A DNA stretch of 64,000 bases from an uncultured delta proteobacterium (lineage in GTDB: Bacteria; Desulfobacterota; Binatia; JACPRU01), in the NCBI GenBank assembly GCA_963745025.1, contig CAVUWD010000016.1, positions 416,001 to 480,000 of the forward strand, read 5' to 3'. The translations under genes were made by a program, and so were the position numbers. The notes beneath the pieces were generated by a model that had not been told where the DNA came from, ran no database searches, and was given only the letters and a program-made list of their open reading frames with translations. This document shows, one piece after another, positions 21,067 to 35,031 of the stretch. Numbering within the stretch: the first letter of the stretch is position 1; each line of letters begins with the position of its first letter.

Positions 21067-22755
21067 ATGAATTCCGACGCTTCCGAACGGGACTATCTCG
21101 TCCTCGCCCGTAAGTACCGGCCGCAGCAGTTCCGCGATTTGGTCGGCCAGGAGCACGTCACCGAGACGCTGCGCAACGCCATCGCCAGCGGACGCATCGC
21201 GCACGCATTCCTCTTCACCGGCATCCGCGGCGTCGGCAAAACGACCGCTGCGCGTTTGCTCGCCAAGTCGCTGAACTGCGAGCGCTCGCGCGAGCCCACG
21301 CCCGAACCGTGCGACGAGTGCTCGAACTGCCGGGAAATTCGCGACTCGCGATCCATCGACGTCGCCGAGATCGACGGCGCCTCGAACCGTGGGATCGACT
21401 CGATCCGCGAGCTCACGGACAACGTGCGTTATCTGCCGATCAAGAGCCGCTTCCGGGTCTACATCATCGACGAGGCCCACATGGTCACGCGCGAGGGCTT
21501 CAACGCGCTCTTGAAGACCCTCGAGGAGCCGCCGGCGCACGTCAAGTTCATCTTCGCGACGACGGCCGTGGAGAAGTTCCCGGAGACGATCGTTTCGCGC
21601 TGTCAGCGCTACGACTTCAAGCGGATCCCTCTCGCGCGCATCAAGCACGAGCTCGAGCGTATCGCGGCCAAGGAGAATCTCGCCCTCACCGACGCGGCGC
21701 TCTACGCGGTCGCTCGCGAAGGGCAGGGCAGCATGCGCGATGCCGAGTCGCTGCTCGAGCGGTTGATCGCGTTCTCCGATCGGACGATCGACGACGCCAA
21801 GATCGGCGAGATCCTGGGCGTGGCCGACCGCAAGACGCTGGTCGCCGCGGCCGATGCGGTTCTAGCCCGCGACGCGAAGGGCGCTCTCGAGCTCGTCGAT
21901 CGGGTCCACGAATCCGGACGCGATCTCGAGCGGTTCAGCCGAGACCTGCTCGAGCACTGGCGGAACCTGGTCGTCACCAAGCTCGGTGCCGATGCCTCGG
22001 TGCTCGTCGACGTGCCCTCCGATGAGATCGGCGAGTATCGACGTCAGGCGGCGCTTCGCGATCTCGGCGAGCTCCAGCGCCTCTTCCGGATCGCACGGCT
22101 CGGCGACGAGGAGCTCGGGCGGTCCTCGGTGCCGCGCATGGTCCTCGAGATGACGATGGTGCGGCTCGCGACCGCCGAACCCGTGCTTCCGGTCGACGAG
22201 GTGCTCGACCGCCTCGATGAGATCGAACGCGGGCTCGGACGCTCGTCGGTCACCAGCGCGAAGGCGCTGCCGCTCGCGTCGCCGAGCCCGCCGGCCGCGC
22301 CAGCGACGGCCGCGGCGCCGCCCCGGAGCAACGGACCGTCGCAGGACGAGGGCACCACGCGCGGCCCCACGCGACCGCGCGAGAGTGCCCCGGCCGGCAC
22401 CGGCGATCCGCGATGGGACGAGCTTCTCGCCTTCGTTCAGCAGAAGAAGCCCTCCCTCTACTTCAATCTGAGTCACGCTCGCTGGCTCGGCGGCGGCGCC
22501 GGAAGCCTCGCGCTCGGCGTGTCCAAGGAGAAGTTTCGCAACGAGCTCGCGGCGCGAACCACCCTCGCGCTTCTCGAGGAGCTGGCCTCCGCGTTCTACG
22601 GGCAGCCGACACGCATTCGCGTGGAGGCGGTCACGGAGAACGTGAGCCCGCCACCCCCGGCCTCCTCCGCTTCCGAAATGCTGGAACATCCCTCGGTCAA
22701 GGCGGCGGTGGAGATCCTCGGCGGCGAGGTGCGCGAAGTGCGTTCGCGCCGGTGA
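21067..22755 (+). CDS. dnaX: DNA polymerase III subunit gamma/tau
   Basis: YLVLARKYRPQ, GIRGVGKTT, EIDGASNRGID, IIDEAHM, SRCQ. Confidence 0.97.
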   Translation: MNSDASERDYLVLARKYRPQQFRDLVGQEHVTETLRNAIASGRIAHAFLFTGIRGVGKTTAARLLAKSLNCERSREPTPEPCDECSNCREIRDSRSIDVAEIDGASNRGIDSIRELTDNVRYLPIKSRFRVYIIDEAHMVTREGFNALLKTLEEPPAHVKFIFATTAVEKFPETIVSRCQRYDFKRIPLARIKHELERIAAKENLALTDAALYAVAREGQGSMRDAESLLERLIAFSDRTIDDAKIGEILGVADRKTLVAAADAVLARDAKGALELVDRVHESGRDLERFSRDLLEHWRNLVVTKLGADASVLVDVPSDEIGEYRRQAALRDLGELQRLFRIARLGDEELGRSSVPRMVLEMTMVRLATAEPVLPVDEVLDRLDEIERGLGRSSVTSAKALPLASPSPPAAPATAAAPPRSNGPSQDEGTTRGPTRPRESAPAGTGDPRWDELLAFVQQKKPSLYFNLSHARWLGGGAGSLALGVSKEKFRNELAARTTLALLEELASAFYGQPTRIRVEAVTENVSPPPPASSASEMLEHPSVKAAVEILGGEVREVRSRR

Positions 22756-22774
22756 CCGCGGGAAGGAGCCGACG

Positions 22775-23092
22775 ATGCCCAACGGTATGGCGGATATCTT
22801 GAAACAGGCTCAGGCGCTGCAGTCGAAGCTCACCGAACTGCAAGCCGAGGCGGAGCGCAAGACGGTAGAAGCCTCCTCGGGTGGCGGGATGGTGACGGTG
22901 GTGGTCAACGGCAGGCTGCAGGTTCTGTCGATCCGCATCGAGCCGCAGGTGCTGAACGCCGAAGACCGAGAAATGCTCCAAGACCTGGTGATGGCGGCGG
23001 TCAACGAGGCGATCCGCAAGGCGCAACAGGTGATGGCCGAGGCGATGAGCCGCGTGACCGGCGGTCTCAAGATCCCGGGTCTCGGCGGCTGA
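22775..23092 (+). CDS. ybaB: YbaB/EbfC nucleoid-associated protein
   Basis: SSGGGMVTV, EMLQDLVMAAVNEA; dnaX-ybaB-recR synteny. Confidence 0.95.
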   Translation: MPNGMADILKQAQALQSKLTELQAEAERKTVEASSGGGMVTVVVNGRLQVLSIRIEPQVLNAEDREMLQDLVMAAVNEAIRKAQQVMAEAMSRVTGGLKIPGLGG

Positions 23093-23104
23093 GACGGCAG
23101 AGCG

Positions 23105-23704
23105 ATGGCGGCGATGCCGGTTCCGCTGAAGCGCCTGATCGAGCAGCTGACTCGGTTACCCGGCGTCGGCGAGAAGAGCGCCACACGGCTCGCGTTCTTC
23201 CTGCTGCGCGCCGACACGGACTATCCGCGGGCCCTCGCCGACGCGATCACGGCGCTCAAGCGCGAGATCCGCCTCTGCTCCCACTGCCTGGGATTCACCG
23301 AGCAGGATCCCTGCGCGCTCTGCGCGGACCCGCGACGGAGCAACGAGGTGGTGTGCGTGGTCGAGGATCCTGCGGACGTCATGGCGATCGAGCGAGCCGG
23401 GGACTTTCGTGGCCGTTACCACGTGCTCCACGGAACGCTGGCACCGCTCGATGGCGTCGGACCCGAGCAGCTGAAAGTCGCCGAGTTGCTCACGCGCCTG
23501 CGCGAGGGCAGCGTGCGCGAGGTGATTCTCGCCACCAATGCGACCGTAGAGGGCGAGGCGACGGCGCTCTATCTCGCCAAGCTGATCAAGCCGATCGGGG
23601 TCAAGGTGACGCGGATCGCGCACGGGCTGCCGATGGGCGGCGACGTGGAATACGCCGACAGCGTGACGCTCTCGCGGGCGCTCGAGGGACGCCGGGAAAT
23701 GTGA
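23105..23704 (+). CDS. recR: Recombination protein RecR
   Basis: LPGVGEKSATRL, C4 zinc finger, TOPRIM, EGEATA. Confidence 0.97.
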   Translation: MAAMPVPLKRLIEQLTRLPGVGEKSATRLAFFLLRADTDYPRALADAITALKREIRLCSHCLGFTEQDPCALCADPRRSNEVVCVVEDPADVMAIERAGDFRGRYHVLHGTLAPLDGVGPEQLKVAELLTRLREGSVREVILATNATVEGEATALYLAKLIKPIGVKVTRIAHGLPMGGDVEYADSVTLSRALEGRREM

Positions 23705-23707
23705 AGC

Positions 23708-23785
23708 GGCTACCGGCTTCCGCCTACCGGCTACCGGCAAAGACGCCCGGAGCCTGCGGTAGCCGGCAGTCGGTAGCCTGTAGCC
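23708..23785. repeat. Heptamer-unit hairpin, copy C
   Basis: GGCTACC GGCTTCC GCCTACC GGCTACC GGCAAAGAC... GCGGTA GCCGGCA GTCGGTA GCCTGTA GCC. Confidence 0.85.
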
Positions 23786-23811
23786 GACTTTCCGTGTAAA
23801 CTTCGCCGCTT

Positions 23812-25725
23812 ATGCTCTCGCTCGTCGGCGTGTCCAAGCAGTACGGCTCGCAGATCGTGCTCCGTGACGTCGACTGGTCCGTCGTCGCGGGCGAGCGGGT
23901 CGGACTTGCCGGCGCCAACGGCGCCGGCAAGTCGACGCTCCTTTGCATCGTCGCCGGGCTCGTCGAGCCCGACCGCGGTGAGGTTTGCTTCAAGAAGGGA
24001 GCGACCGTCGGTTACCTGCCGCAAGAGATCATCGGCTCGAGCGGCCAGACCGTGCTCGTCTCGGCTCTGTCTGCGTTCGACGCGATCCACGCGCTCGAAG
24101 CTCGCTGTCGCGATCTCGAGCACCGCATGGAAGCCGCCGACCCGAGCGCCGACGGCTACGCGGGACTCATGGGGGAGTATGCCGCGGCGCGCGAGGAGTG
24201 GGACCGCCGCGGCAGCTACGATCTCGAGAGCCGCGCCGAGGAGGTGCTCGCCGGTCTCGGCTTTCGTGAGATGGACTTCCAGCGAGACGTCGGAGAGTTC
24301 AGCGGCGGTTGGCAGATGCGCGTCGCGCTCGCCCGCTTGCTGCTCCAACGCCCCGATGTGCTCCTGCTCGACGAGCCGACGAATCATCTCGACCTCGAGG
24401 CGCGGAACTGGCTCGAAGAGTTCCTCGCCACGTATCCCGGCGCGATCGTCTTGGTGGCGCACGACCGGTACTTTCTCGATGTCACGGTCACGCGCATCAG
24501 CGAAGTCGAAAACGGCCGGCTCACCGATTATGCCTGTAACTTCTCGAGGTACGAGACGCAAAAGGAAGAGCGCCTCGCGCAGGCGCGGCACGCCTACGAG
24601 GTGCAGCAGGAAGAGATCGAGCGGATGGAGGGCTTCATCCGCAAGTTTCGCTACCAGGCGTCGAAGGCGAAGCTCGTGCAGAGCCGCATCAAGCAGCTCG
24701 AGAAGATCGAGCGGCTGGAAATCCCGCCCGGAACGAAGAAGCTCCACATCCGTCTCCCGTCCGCGCCACGCAGCGGCCGGACCGTGCTGGAGCTGCGCCA
24801 GGCTCGCAAGAGCTACGGAGATCTCGTCGTCTACGACGGGCTCGACCTCGCGCTCGAGCGCGGCGAGCGCCTCGCGCTCGTCGGACCGAACGGTGCCGGT
24901 AAGACCACGCTCGTGAAGCTGCTCGCCGGCGTCGAACCGCTCTCGACCGGCGAGCGCAAGGTCGGCCACAACGTCGAGCTCGGTTACTTCGCCCAGGACC
25001 AGGCGAACGTCCTCGATCCGGGGAAGAGCGTCCTCGATGAGATGATGGCCGTCGCTCCCTACGACATGGTGCCGCGGCTGCGCGACCTCCTCGGAGCCTT
25101 TCTCTTCGTCGGGGACGCCGTGGGGAAGCCTACCTCCGTCCTGTCCGGCGGGGAGCGAAATCGGCTGGCGCTCGCCAAGCTGCTGCTTCGCCCGGTCAAC
25201 TGCCTGCTGCTCGACGAGCCGACCAACCATCTCGACATGCACGCCAAGGACGTGCTCCTAGAGGCGCTCCAGAACTACGAAGGCACGATCGTGCTCGTCT
25301 CCCACGACCGCTACATCCTCGATGCGCTCCCACAATGCGTCATCGAGGTCGGCCACGGGCGAGCCGTCCGCTATCTCGGCAACTACGAAGATTACCTGCG
25401 GAAGAAGGCCGCCGAGGAGGCCGCTCGAACGCTGCCTCCGTTGCAGCCGCCGCGTGCCGCCAAGCCGGTCCAGGCGGCCAGAGCCGAGTCGCCCAAGCCG
25501 GCCAAGAAGCCTTCCAACGGTCGGAACGGGCTCGATCCTACTCGACTCACCGAAGAGATCGCACGCTTCGAAGAAGAGCAGTCGAAGCTCTCCGAAGAGC
25601 TCTCCCGGCCCAACTTCTACATGACGCATCCGGATCCGAACGGTCTGATCGCGCGCTATGCCGAGCTCAAGCAGCAGGTGGACGACCTATACCGGAAGCT
25701 CGGCCAGGCGTTGGCCGAGGGGTAG
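23812..25725 (+). CDS. ABC-F family ATPase
   Basis: Two ABC domains (GANGAGKS, FSGGWQMR, DEPTNHLD; GPNGAGKT, LSGGERNR), no TM segments, C-terminal coiled coil. Confidence 0.93.
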   Translation: MLSLVGVSKQYGSQIVLRDVDWSVVAGERVGLAGANGAGKSTLLCIVAGLVEPDRGEVCFKKGATVGYLPQEIIGSSGQTVLVSALSAFDAIHALEARCRDLEHRMEAADPSADGYAGLMGEYAAAREEWDRRGSYDLESRAEEVLAGLGFREMDFQRDVGEFSGGWQMRVALARLLLQRPDVLLLDEPTNHLDLEARNWLEEFLATYPGAIVLVAHDRYFLDVTVTRISEVENGRLTDYACNFSRYETQKEERLAQARHAYEVQQEEIERMEGFIRKFRYQASKAKLVQSRIKQLEKIERLEIPPGTKKLHIRLPSAPRSGRTVLELRQARKSYGDLVVYDGLDLALERGERLALVGPNGAGKTTLVKLLAGVEPLSTGERKVGHNVELGYFAQDQANVLDPGKSVLDEMMAVAPYDMVPRLRDLLGAFLFVGDAVGKPTSVLSGGERNRLALAKLLLRPVNCLLLDEPTNHLDMHAKDVLLEALQNYEGTIVLVSHDRYILDALPQCVIEVGHGRAVRYLGNYEDYLRKKAAEEAARTLPPLQPPRAAKPVQAARAESPKPAKKPSNGRNGLDPTRLTEEIARFEEEQSKLSEELSRPNFYMTHPDPNGLIARYAELKQQVDDLYRKLGQALAEG

Positions 25726-25732
25726 CAAACGC

Positions 25733-25800
25733 GGCTACCGGCTTCCGGCTACCGACTACCGCAAAGGCTCATGGTGTCTCTTGCGGTAGCCGGTGGCCCG
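25733..25800. repeat. Heptamer-unit hairpin, copy D, between convergent stops
   Basis: GGCTACC GGCTTCC GGCTACC GACTACC GCAAAGGCTC... GCGGTA GCCGGTG GCCCG. Confidence 0.8.
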
Positions 25801-25803
25801 TCC

Positions 25804-29080
<3,277 letters not shown>

Positions 29081-29088
<8 letters not shown>

Positions 29089-30586
29089 AGACGCCATCGG
29101 CGAACCACTCCCCGCTCTCGCGCTCACGGTAGATACGGTAGACGCCGCCGTCGGAGAGCTCGGCATCGTAGTAGTCCCGCGCGAAGGAAGAATCGCGCCA
29201 CCATTCGCCCGACAGCCGCCACGGACCGCCAAGCGTGACGACCCGTCCGCCGAACTTCTCGGTCGCCCCCGATCCACGCACGAAGTCCGGGCGTCCACGG
29301 TCGCAAACCACTTCGATCGAAGCGGGAGGGCGAAATACACGTAACGCGAGGGGGGTGGACCCATTCGTCGCGCTTCGATTGGGCGCCGCACGAGCACGAG
29401 CCGGAGGCGCGAGCGCGAAGCGTTCGATGGCGGATGCTTCGGGGCGGTGTGAATCGATGACCGCGGGTGAACCGACCCGCTCCGCTCCGGCAATGGACGT
29501 GAGGCGGGCGATCGTCACGCCGAGATCCTGCGGGCTCGGGCCCGCCGGCACGAAGAGATCGAGCTCGATCGGCCGCAGTCGCTCGGCAACGGCCGAGAGG
29601 CGGAACCATTCGACCGCTGCCCGCGGCGGCCGTCGATCGAAGTGGAGACGAGCGAGCGCGAGCAATGCCTTCACTTCGTTGGTCGGTGCCGCCACCGCGA
29701 TGACGTGCTCCTCGCGCCCGCCGCCCTCGAGACGAAGCGAGAGCCGCAGATCGCCCGCGCGTAGGCCGCGGATGTCGAGGCGGGCGGTCAAGCGCTCGAG
29801 AGCCGCGCGCAGCAGAAAGGAGAGCGGTTCGAAGGAGTCGATTGCGTAGCCGCAGTCGATCGTCTCCTCGAAGTGGCACGGACGAGGGCGTACGACGAGC
29901 GGCTCCTCGTCTTCGCCGGCGGCGCGCTTCCAGAGCTGGATTCCCGTCTCTCCAAAGCGCCATCCGACTGCCGTCACCGGCAGCGCGGCGAGCTGGCCGA
30001 GCGTGCGAATTCCCCAACGCTCCAGGGTGAGGGCGGCGTCGTCTGGAGGGTCGAGTACCGAGATCGGCAGCGAACCGAGCCGCCGCCGACCCTCTCCCGC
30101 GGAAACGACGTCGACTCCTTCGCTCGTGCGAGCCGCGAGGTATGCCACCGTCTTGGTCGATGCGACAGTGGCGCGTCCTTCGAGTCCGACTCGTCGCAGC
30201 CGTGCGACCAGCGACGTCGCCAGATGGCGCTCGCTGCCGAACAGCGATCGCAGGCCGTCGATCTCGAGAAAGACCACACCGCCTCCCGCATTCTCGACTC
30301 GCGGGGAGAACGAATCGGCGGCGTCGCAGAGCGCTTCTTCCGCAGAATGGAGAACTTCCGCGTGCGGTTGGCGCACGAGCAGCGCATTGGAGATCGCGCG
30401 TGCCTCCGCTGCAGAGATGCCGGCGCGCGCGCCGAGCGCCAGCGCTTCGGCGGAGACGGCCGTCAGTGGCGCGCGGGGATCCTCACGCGCGACGGTGACG
30501 AGCGGCCGGCCGTGGAGATCGGGCTCGGCGCGCCGTAGCGCCGCGAGGGGAAAATCGGGAACGAACAGACAAGCAATGCGGGGCAT
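29081..30586 (-). CDS. imuB: ImuB, inactive Y-family polymerase
   Basis: IACLFVPDFPL, FSPRVE, WGIRTLGQL, GPWRLSGEWW, RDYYD, WFADGVYD. Confidence 0.92.
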
Positions 30587-30589
30587 GAC

Positions 30590-31270
30590 TCATGGATGAA
30601 GTTCGGTCTGGCGGCTGGTGAGCGTACCTTCGCGCGCCCGCACGACTTCCGCTCGGCTGGCGATCCCGGAGAACAACTCGGCCTGCAGGGCATGCTTCGG
30701 CCACCACGGACGGGCATTGCGGAGCGTGAGGCAGAGCGCGGCAACGCTTCCCGCCAACCGTTCCCGGCTGAGCAGGACGAAGGTCACGTTCGAAGTCGCC
30801 GCCTGGCGGGCGAGCCTCGGCCAAGCGGACGCGAAGCGTGCGGCCGTGATCGAGGAGAGTCCATCGGCGAGATCGAGCAGCACGAGACGGAGCCCCTGAG
30901 TGCCGAGCAGGACCTCGCTCGAGCGCAGCGCTTCTCGCTCGTCGGGAGGGCGAACCCACAGCAGGCCGCGTAGCCGAATCCCGGCGGCTTTGGCGTGGCG
31001 AGGATCGAAGCGGTCGCGACAATCCACGAGAGCGGCGATCTCTCCCTGCCGGGTCGCGCAAGCCAAGAGTCCATAGGCGAGCGAGGTGCGACCCGAGGAA
31101 GTCGCGCCGTAGATCTCGCTCAAGCGGCCGCGTGGAAAGCCGCCGCCGAGCAGCCGATCGAGCCTCGGATTTCCTGACGAAAGATACTCTTCGGGGCGGG
31201 TAGGAATCTGGCCGAGGGTGACCCCCTTGGGTAGCGAGGAAAGCGTGGGACGTGCGGGTGCCGCTGCCAT
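30590..31270 (-). CDS. imuA: ImuA RecA-like mutasome subunit
   Basis: SGNPRLDRLLGGGFPRGRLSEIYGATSSGRTS, LLWVRP, LVLLD. Confidence 0.85.
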   Translation of the reverse strand: MAAAPARPTLSSLPKGVTLGQIPTRPEEYLSSGNPRLDRLLGGGFPRGRLSEIYGATSSGRTSLAYGLLACATRQGEIAALVDCRDRFDPRHAKAAGIRLRGLLWVRPPDEREALRSSEVLLGTQGLRLVLLDLADGLSSITAARFASAWPRLARQAATSNVTFVLLSRERLAGSVAALCLTLRNARPWWPKHALQAELFSGIASRAEVVRAREGTLTSRQTELHP

Positions 31271-31284
31271 CGATCCAAAATAAT

Positions 31285-31301
31285 TTTCGCTTTTCTTTCG
31301 C
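31285..31301. promoter_or_regulatory. Candidate SOS/LexA-type direct-repeat operator
   Basis: TTTCGC-TTTTC-TTTCGC (TTTC-N7-TTTC) 15 bp upstream of imuA start. Confidence 0.4.
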
Positions 31302-31315
31302 TTGGAGTCAAGGCT

Positions 31316-34094
31316 TTGCAGCAATTCGCTGAGATCCGCGATAGGTTCGGTGGTACGGTGTCACATTCCTGGAAGCACATCCTCGTCGAGACCGTTTTCG
31401 GCCTCGTTGCCGCCGTCGCGCTCGCCGCCGTCGCGCTCGCTTGGCGCCTGAGTCAGGGACCCATCCCGCTCGCCTTTCTCGATCCCCGGGTCGAGGCGGC
31501 GCTCTCGGGCCTGTTGCCCGGCGTCACGGCGCACGTCGAGCGTACCGAGCTCGGCTGGGCGGCGCACCTGCCCGAGCTGCGAGTGATCGGCGTGACGCTC
31601 GTGCACGGCGACCAGCCGGTGGCGTCGTTTCCGAGCCTCGGCATCCTGCCGAGCTTGCGTGCGCTCGCGCTCGGGCGATTCGCCGTGCATCGTGTGAGCC
31701 TCTCGGGAGTCCGTCTTACGCTCGTTCGCGATGCCAAGGGGCGACTGATGCTCGGGGCGGATCGTGCGGCGGGGGCTGGTGGGCAAACGATCGATCTATC
31801 GGCATTGCTTGCTTTCGGCGGCAATGGCGATTCGGCCACGAGATTTCTCAGACGCATTCAAATCCAAGATGCGGTCGTGAGCCTCGACGATCGCTCAACG
31901 GGAAGCCTCTGGCGCGCCGATGACGCAGACGTCCACATCAAGTTCGCCGATCAGGGCTTCACCGTTGACGTGGCCGCGACATTGTCGGTCGCCAGTCCGG
32001 CGTCCGGGATCGTTCGAGAGCTCGAGCTGCCGCTGGTCGCTACGGCGGAGCTCGCAAGGCGAGAAAACGACGGCGTCGCCACCGTCGCTTTCGAAGCGAG
32101 CGCGAAGGATGGAAGGCTGATGCCGGCCGGCTCGGCCGGAGCGCCGCTCCCGCTTCGGTCCTTCGTCGCCAAGGGAGCATTTTCTCCGGTATCGAGAACG
32201 ATCGATCTTCGCGAGCTCCACGCGGCCATCGGTTCGGCCGAGATCGATTCGACGGCGAGCGTCTCCATCGACAATCCAACCGCGGGGCTGGTCCTTCGCG
32301 GCGAGCTTCGCTCGCTGCCAATCGCCGAGCTCCACCGCTTGTGGCCGCCCGACGCCGCGACCTCGACCCGCGAGTGGATCGAGCGCAACATCCGCGACGG
32401 CGCAGTATCGCGCTGCCTGTTCACGCTCCGCCTTCCGGCCGCGGACGCGCGTTCCAAAGGACTCGAGGCGAATGCCGTCGACGTCCGCTTCGACTTCCAA
32501 GGTCTGACCGTCGACTATCTCCGCGATCTCGCACCGCTCATGGAGGCCCGCGGCTCGGGAACGCTCAACGCCGAGCGCTTCCAAGGTCGTGTAACCGACG
32601 GCAAGGTCGGGGGCCTCGAGGTCGAGGAAGGGTTGGTGGAGATTCGCTTCGGAGGGGGCCCGGCACGCTTGAAGGTGAGCGCTGACGTCTCGGGTCCGAG
32701 CCAAGAGGTGCTCACGATCCTCGACCAGCCGCCGCTCGGCATCCCGGAGCGGATCGGCATTCCTGCGGGCGGCCTCGGCGGCACGAGCCGAAGCCACGTG
32801 GAGGTCGAGATGCCGCTCAAGGCCGGACTCCTCTCCACGGACGTCAAGGTCACGGCGAAAAGCGAGCTTCACGACGCGAGCCTGACGAACCTCCTGGCCG
32901 GAGTTGGCATCGAGGGTGCGGATCTGACGGTCCGTGTCGACGATCGAAACGTGAACGTCGAAGGGGAAAGCGCCCTGACCGGCTTACCCATGCCAGCCGC
33001 ACGGGCACGGGTGGCGGTGGCTTACATACCGAGCGTGAGCGATTCGGACGACCGTCTGGACATCGTAATCGAGGGAAGCGATCTTCTCGCCAAGGCCGTC
33101 GCAACGCTCGACGGAAAGACGATCCGTGCGCTCAGCGTCGGGCGACTCCGCTACGGCGGCAACGACCTGGCAGCCGAGCTGACGCGACTGGAGAGCGGCA
33201 GCTACCGCCTCTCGGTCGACGCGGCGAGCGTCGACCTCGAGCCGTTTCTTCGCGAGCGTGGGCCCGTCGAGCGGCTGGCCGGCACGGTACGAGCGGCTTA
33301 CGACGTCGACTTTCGCGTCGGGCGCGTGAACATCGGCCGTGGCGTCGAATTGTCGGGGGCGCAGGGTGTCGCACGTGACGAAGACGGGCGGCTGGTCGCC
33401 TTCAACGGCACTGGGAACGTTGCGGGTGCCGGAGCGTTGCGGGTCAACCTCACCGAGCAGGGACCGGTCAAGCGACTCGACGTGTCGTCGGACCGAGCCG
33501 GAGAGCTGCTGAAGGCGGTTGGCATGTTCCGAGGCGCAGAAGGCGGTCAGCTCGCGCTCGCCGGGACGGTCGATGACCGGAGCGAGAAGATCCGCGTCGA
33601 TCGGCCGGCTCGACTTTAAGGACGTCCGCGTGACGCAGGCGCCCATCGTCGCGAGGGTTCTCAGCCTCGGCTCGCTCGACGGCATCGCCAGCCTCCTCGG
33701 GGGTGCAGGGATCCTGATCTCGCGCGCGCAGATTCCCCTCACCTGGTCACGCGATCGGCTCGACGTGCGGGAAGCGACCGCCGTCGGGGCCATCGGCATC
33801 ACGGTCGACGGCAGCGTCGATCAGACGAATCGAACCTTCGACCTTCGCGGCAGCGTCTTTCCCGCCTACACGCTCAACTCGGCGCTCGGAAAGATTCCAT
33901 TCATCGGCGACTTCCTCGTCGGCGAAAAGGGCGGAGGCGTGTTCGGAATCGCGTATCGGGTCAGCGGTGATCTCGACAATCCGAACGTCGAGGCCAACCC
34001 GCTCTCTGCGCTCGCACCCGGCATGCTTCGCCGGATGTTCGTCGACCCCTTCAAGCACGAGGACGATCGCCCAAAGGAGCCTCAACAACGTTGA
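31316..34094 (+). CDS. AsmA-like/YhdP (DUF3971) protein, +1 frameshift near 33602
   Basis: N-terminal anchor AWRLSQGPIPL, LWPPDAATSTREWI; C-terminal AsmA_2 motifs PAYTLNSALGKIP, NPLSALAPGMLR in the shifted frame. Start uncertain. Confidence 0.82.
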
Positions 34095-34218
34095 ACGCGG
34101 GAGACGTGGCCCACAGCGCGCGCGGAAAGCAGAGTTTGATTCGCTTCCCAGCTCCCGGTATAAACGGCGTTTCGACTGCCGACCCTCATCGCAAACAGGG
34201 TGAGCGCGCGCGAAATGG

Positions 34219-34291
34219 TCCCCGGTAGCTCAGTCGGTAGAGCGTCCGGCTGTTAACCGGATGGTCGCTGGTTCGAGTCCGGCCCGGGGAG
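34219..34291 (+). tRNA. tRNA-Asn(GTT)
   Basis: TCCCCGG acceptor, TAGCTCAGTCGGTAGAGC, anticodon loop CT-GTT-AA, GTTCGAGTC. Confidence 0.96.
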
Positions 34292-34298
34292 TAGGAAA

Positions 34299-34341
34299 AT
34301 CGAGGGGTTGCATCTCAGGGTGCAGCCCCTCGATGCGTTTT
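34299..34341 (+). terminator. Hairpin after tRNA-Asn
   Basis: ATCGAGGGGTTGCA...TGCAGCCCCTCGAT followed by GCGTTTT. Confidence 0.55.
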
Positions 34342-35031
34342 GGGCATACTTCGGGCATAGTCTACTCGAGTCCTGCGCCAAAAACGGCGAGTTCGCCCGA
34401 GCGTCTACACGGCGGGTTCCCGTAGGGGAGGAGCGGCGGCGGCAGCTCGACGCAACGGTTTCGGGAGGCGTGAACCGCTTGAACTCCTTTACATAAACCG
34501 CTCTTCGATTCCTCACGCCATCGGCAAGGGGCGCAGCGACCCCCGGTCGATCAACCCTCGGAAGCGACTCGACACGCTCGCGGCCAGCGGGCCGTCGCGA
34601 ACGAGGAGCCCCCTTCTATATTGCGGTCAAGGCGGCCTCCGTCCTGGAGCCAGATCCAGATCGACATCGCGTCGTGCGGTGAGTGCACCACCCGGTGGCC
34701 GAATGACGTGTGCCGACCGCTCGCGGTCGGGGAACCCGAGCCTCTACACCGCTCGCCACGCGGCGTACGCCAAGCTGCGCGGGAAAGCCCGCTCCCACGG
34801 TCGCGTGGAACGCCCGCCTTTACGGCGATGTGGCTGTTCCTGCAAAAGCTGACGGGGATTCCCGCGACCGAGAACCATGTGCTGAAGAGCCCGGGGAGGA
34901 GTAGGGCGCCTATCAGCGCTCGAGGAGGTCGTTCGTGCTGCGGTTTCCCAAGCAAGCTTGACGGACCGCGGCTTCGAACGTCTACTGCCGCAGGCGAACG
35001 TCCGCCCAGTACCGCCACGAGGAGGCCTGCG

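Noticed and set aside
21067-22755. Programmed -1 frameshift in dnaX
   Set aside because: No A-AAA-AAG or poly-A slippery site seen in the Pro/Ala linker.
29089-29493. 135 aa N-terminal extension of DnaE2 in the ORF track
   Set aside because: Overlaps imuB; ATG at 29088 gives normal coupling.
34500-35030. ORFs between tRNA-Asn and the epoxide hydrolase, including the 531 aa extension
   Set aside because: No motifs; the RBS supports a start at 35032.
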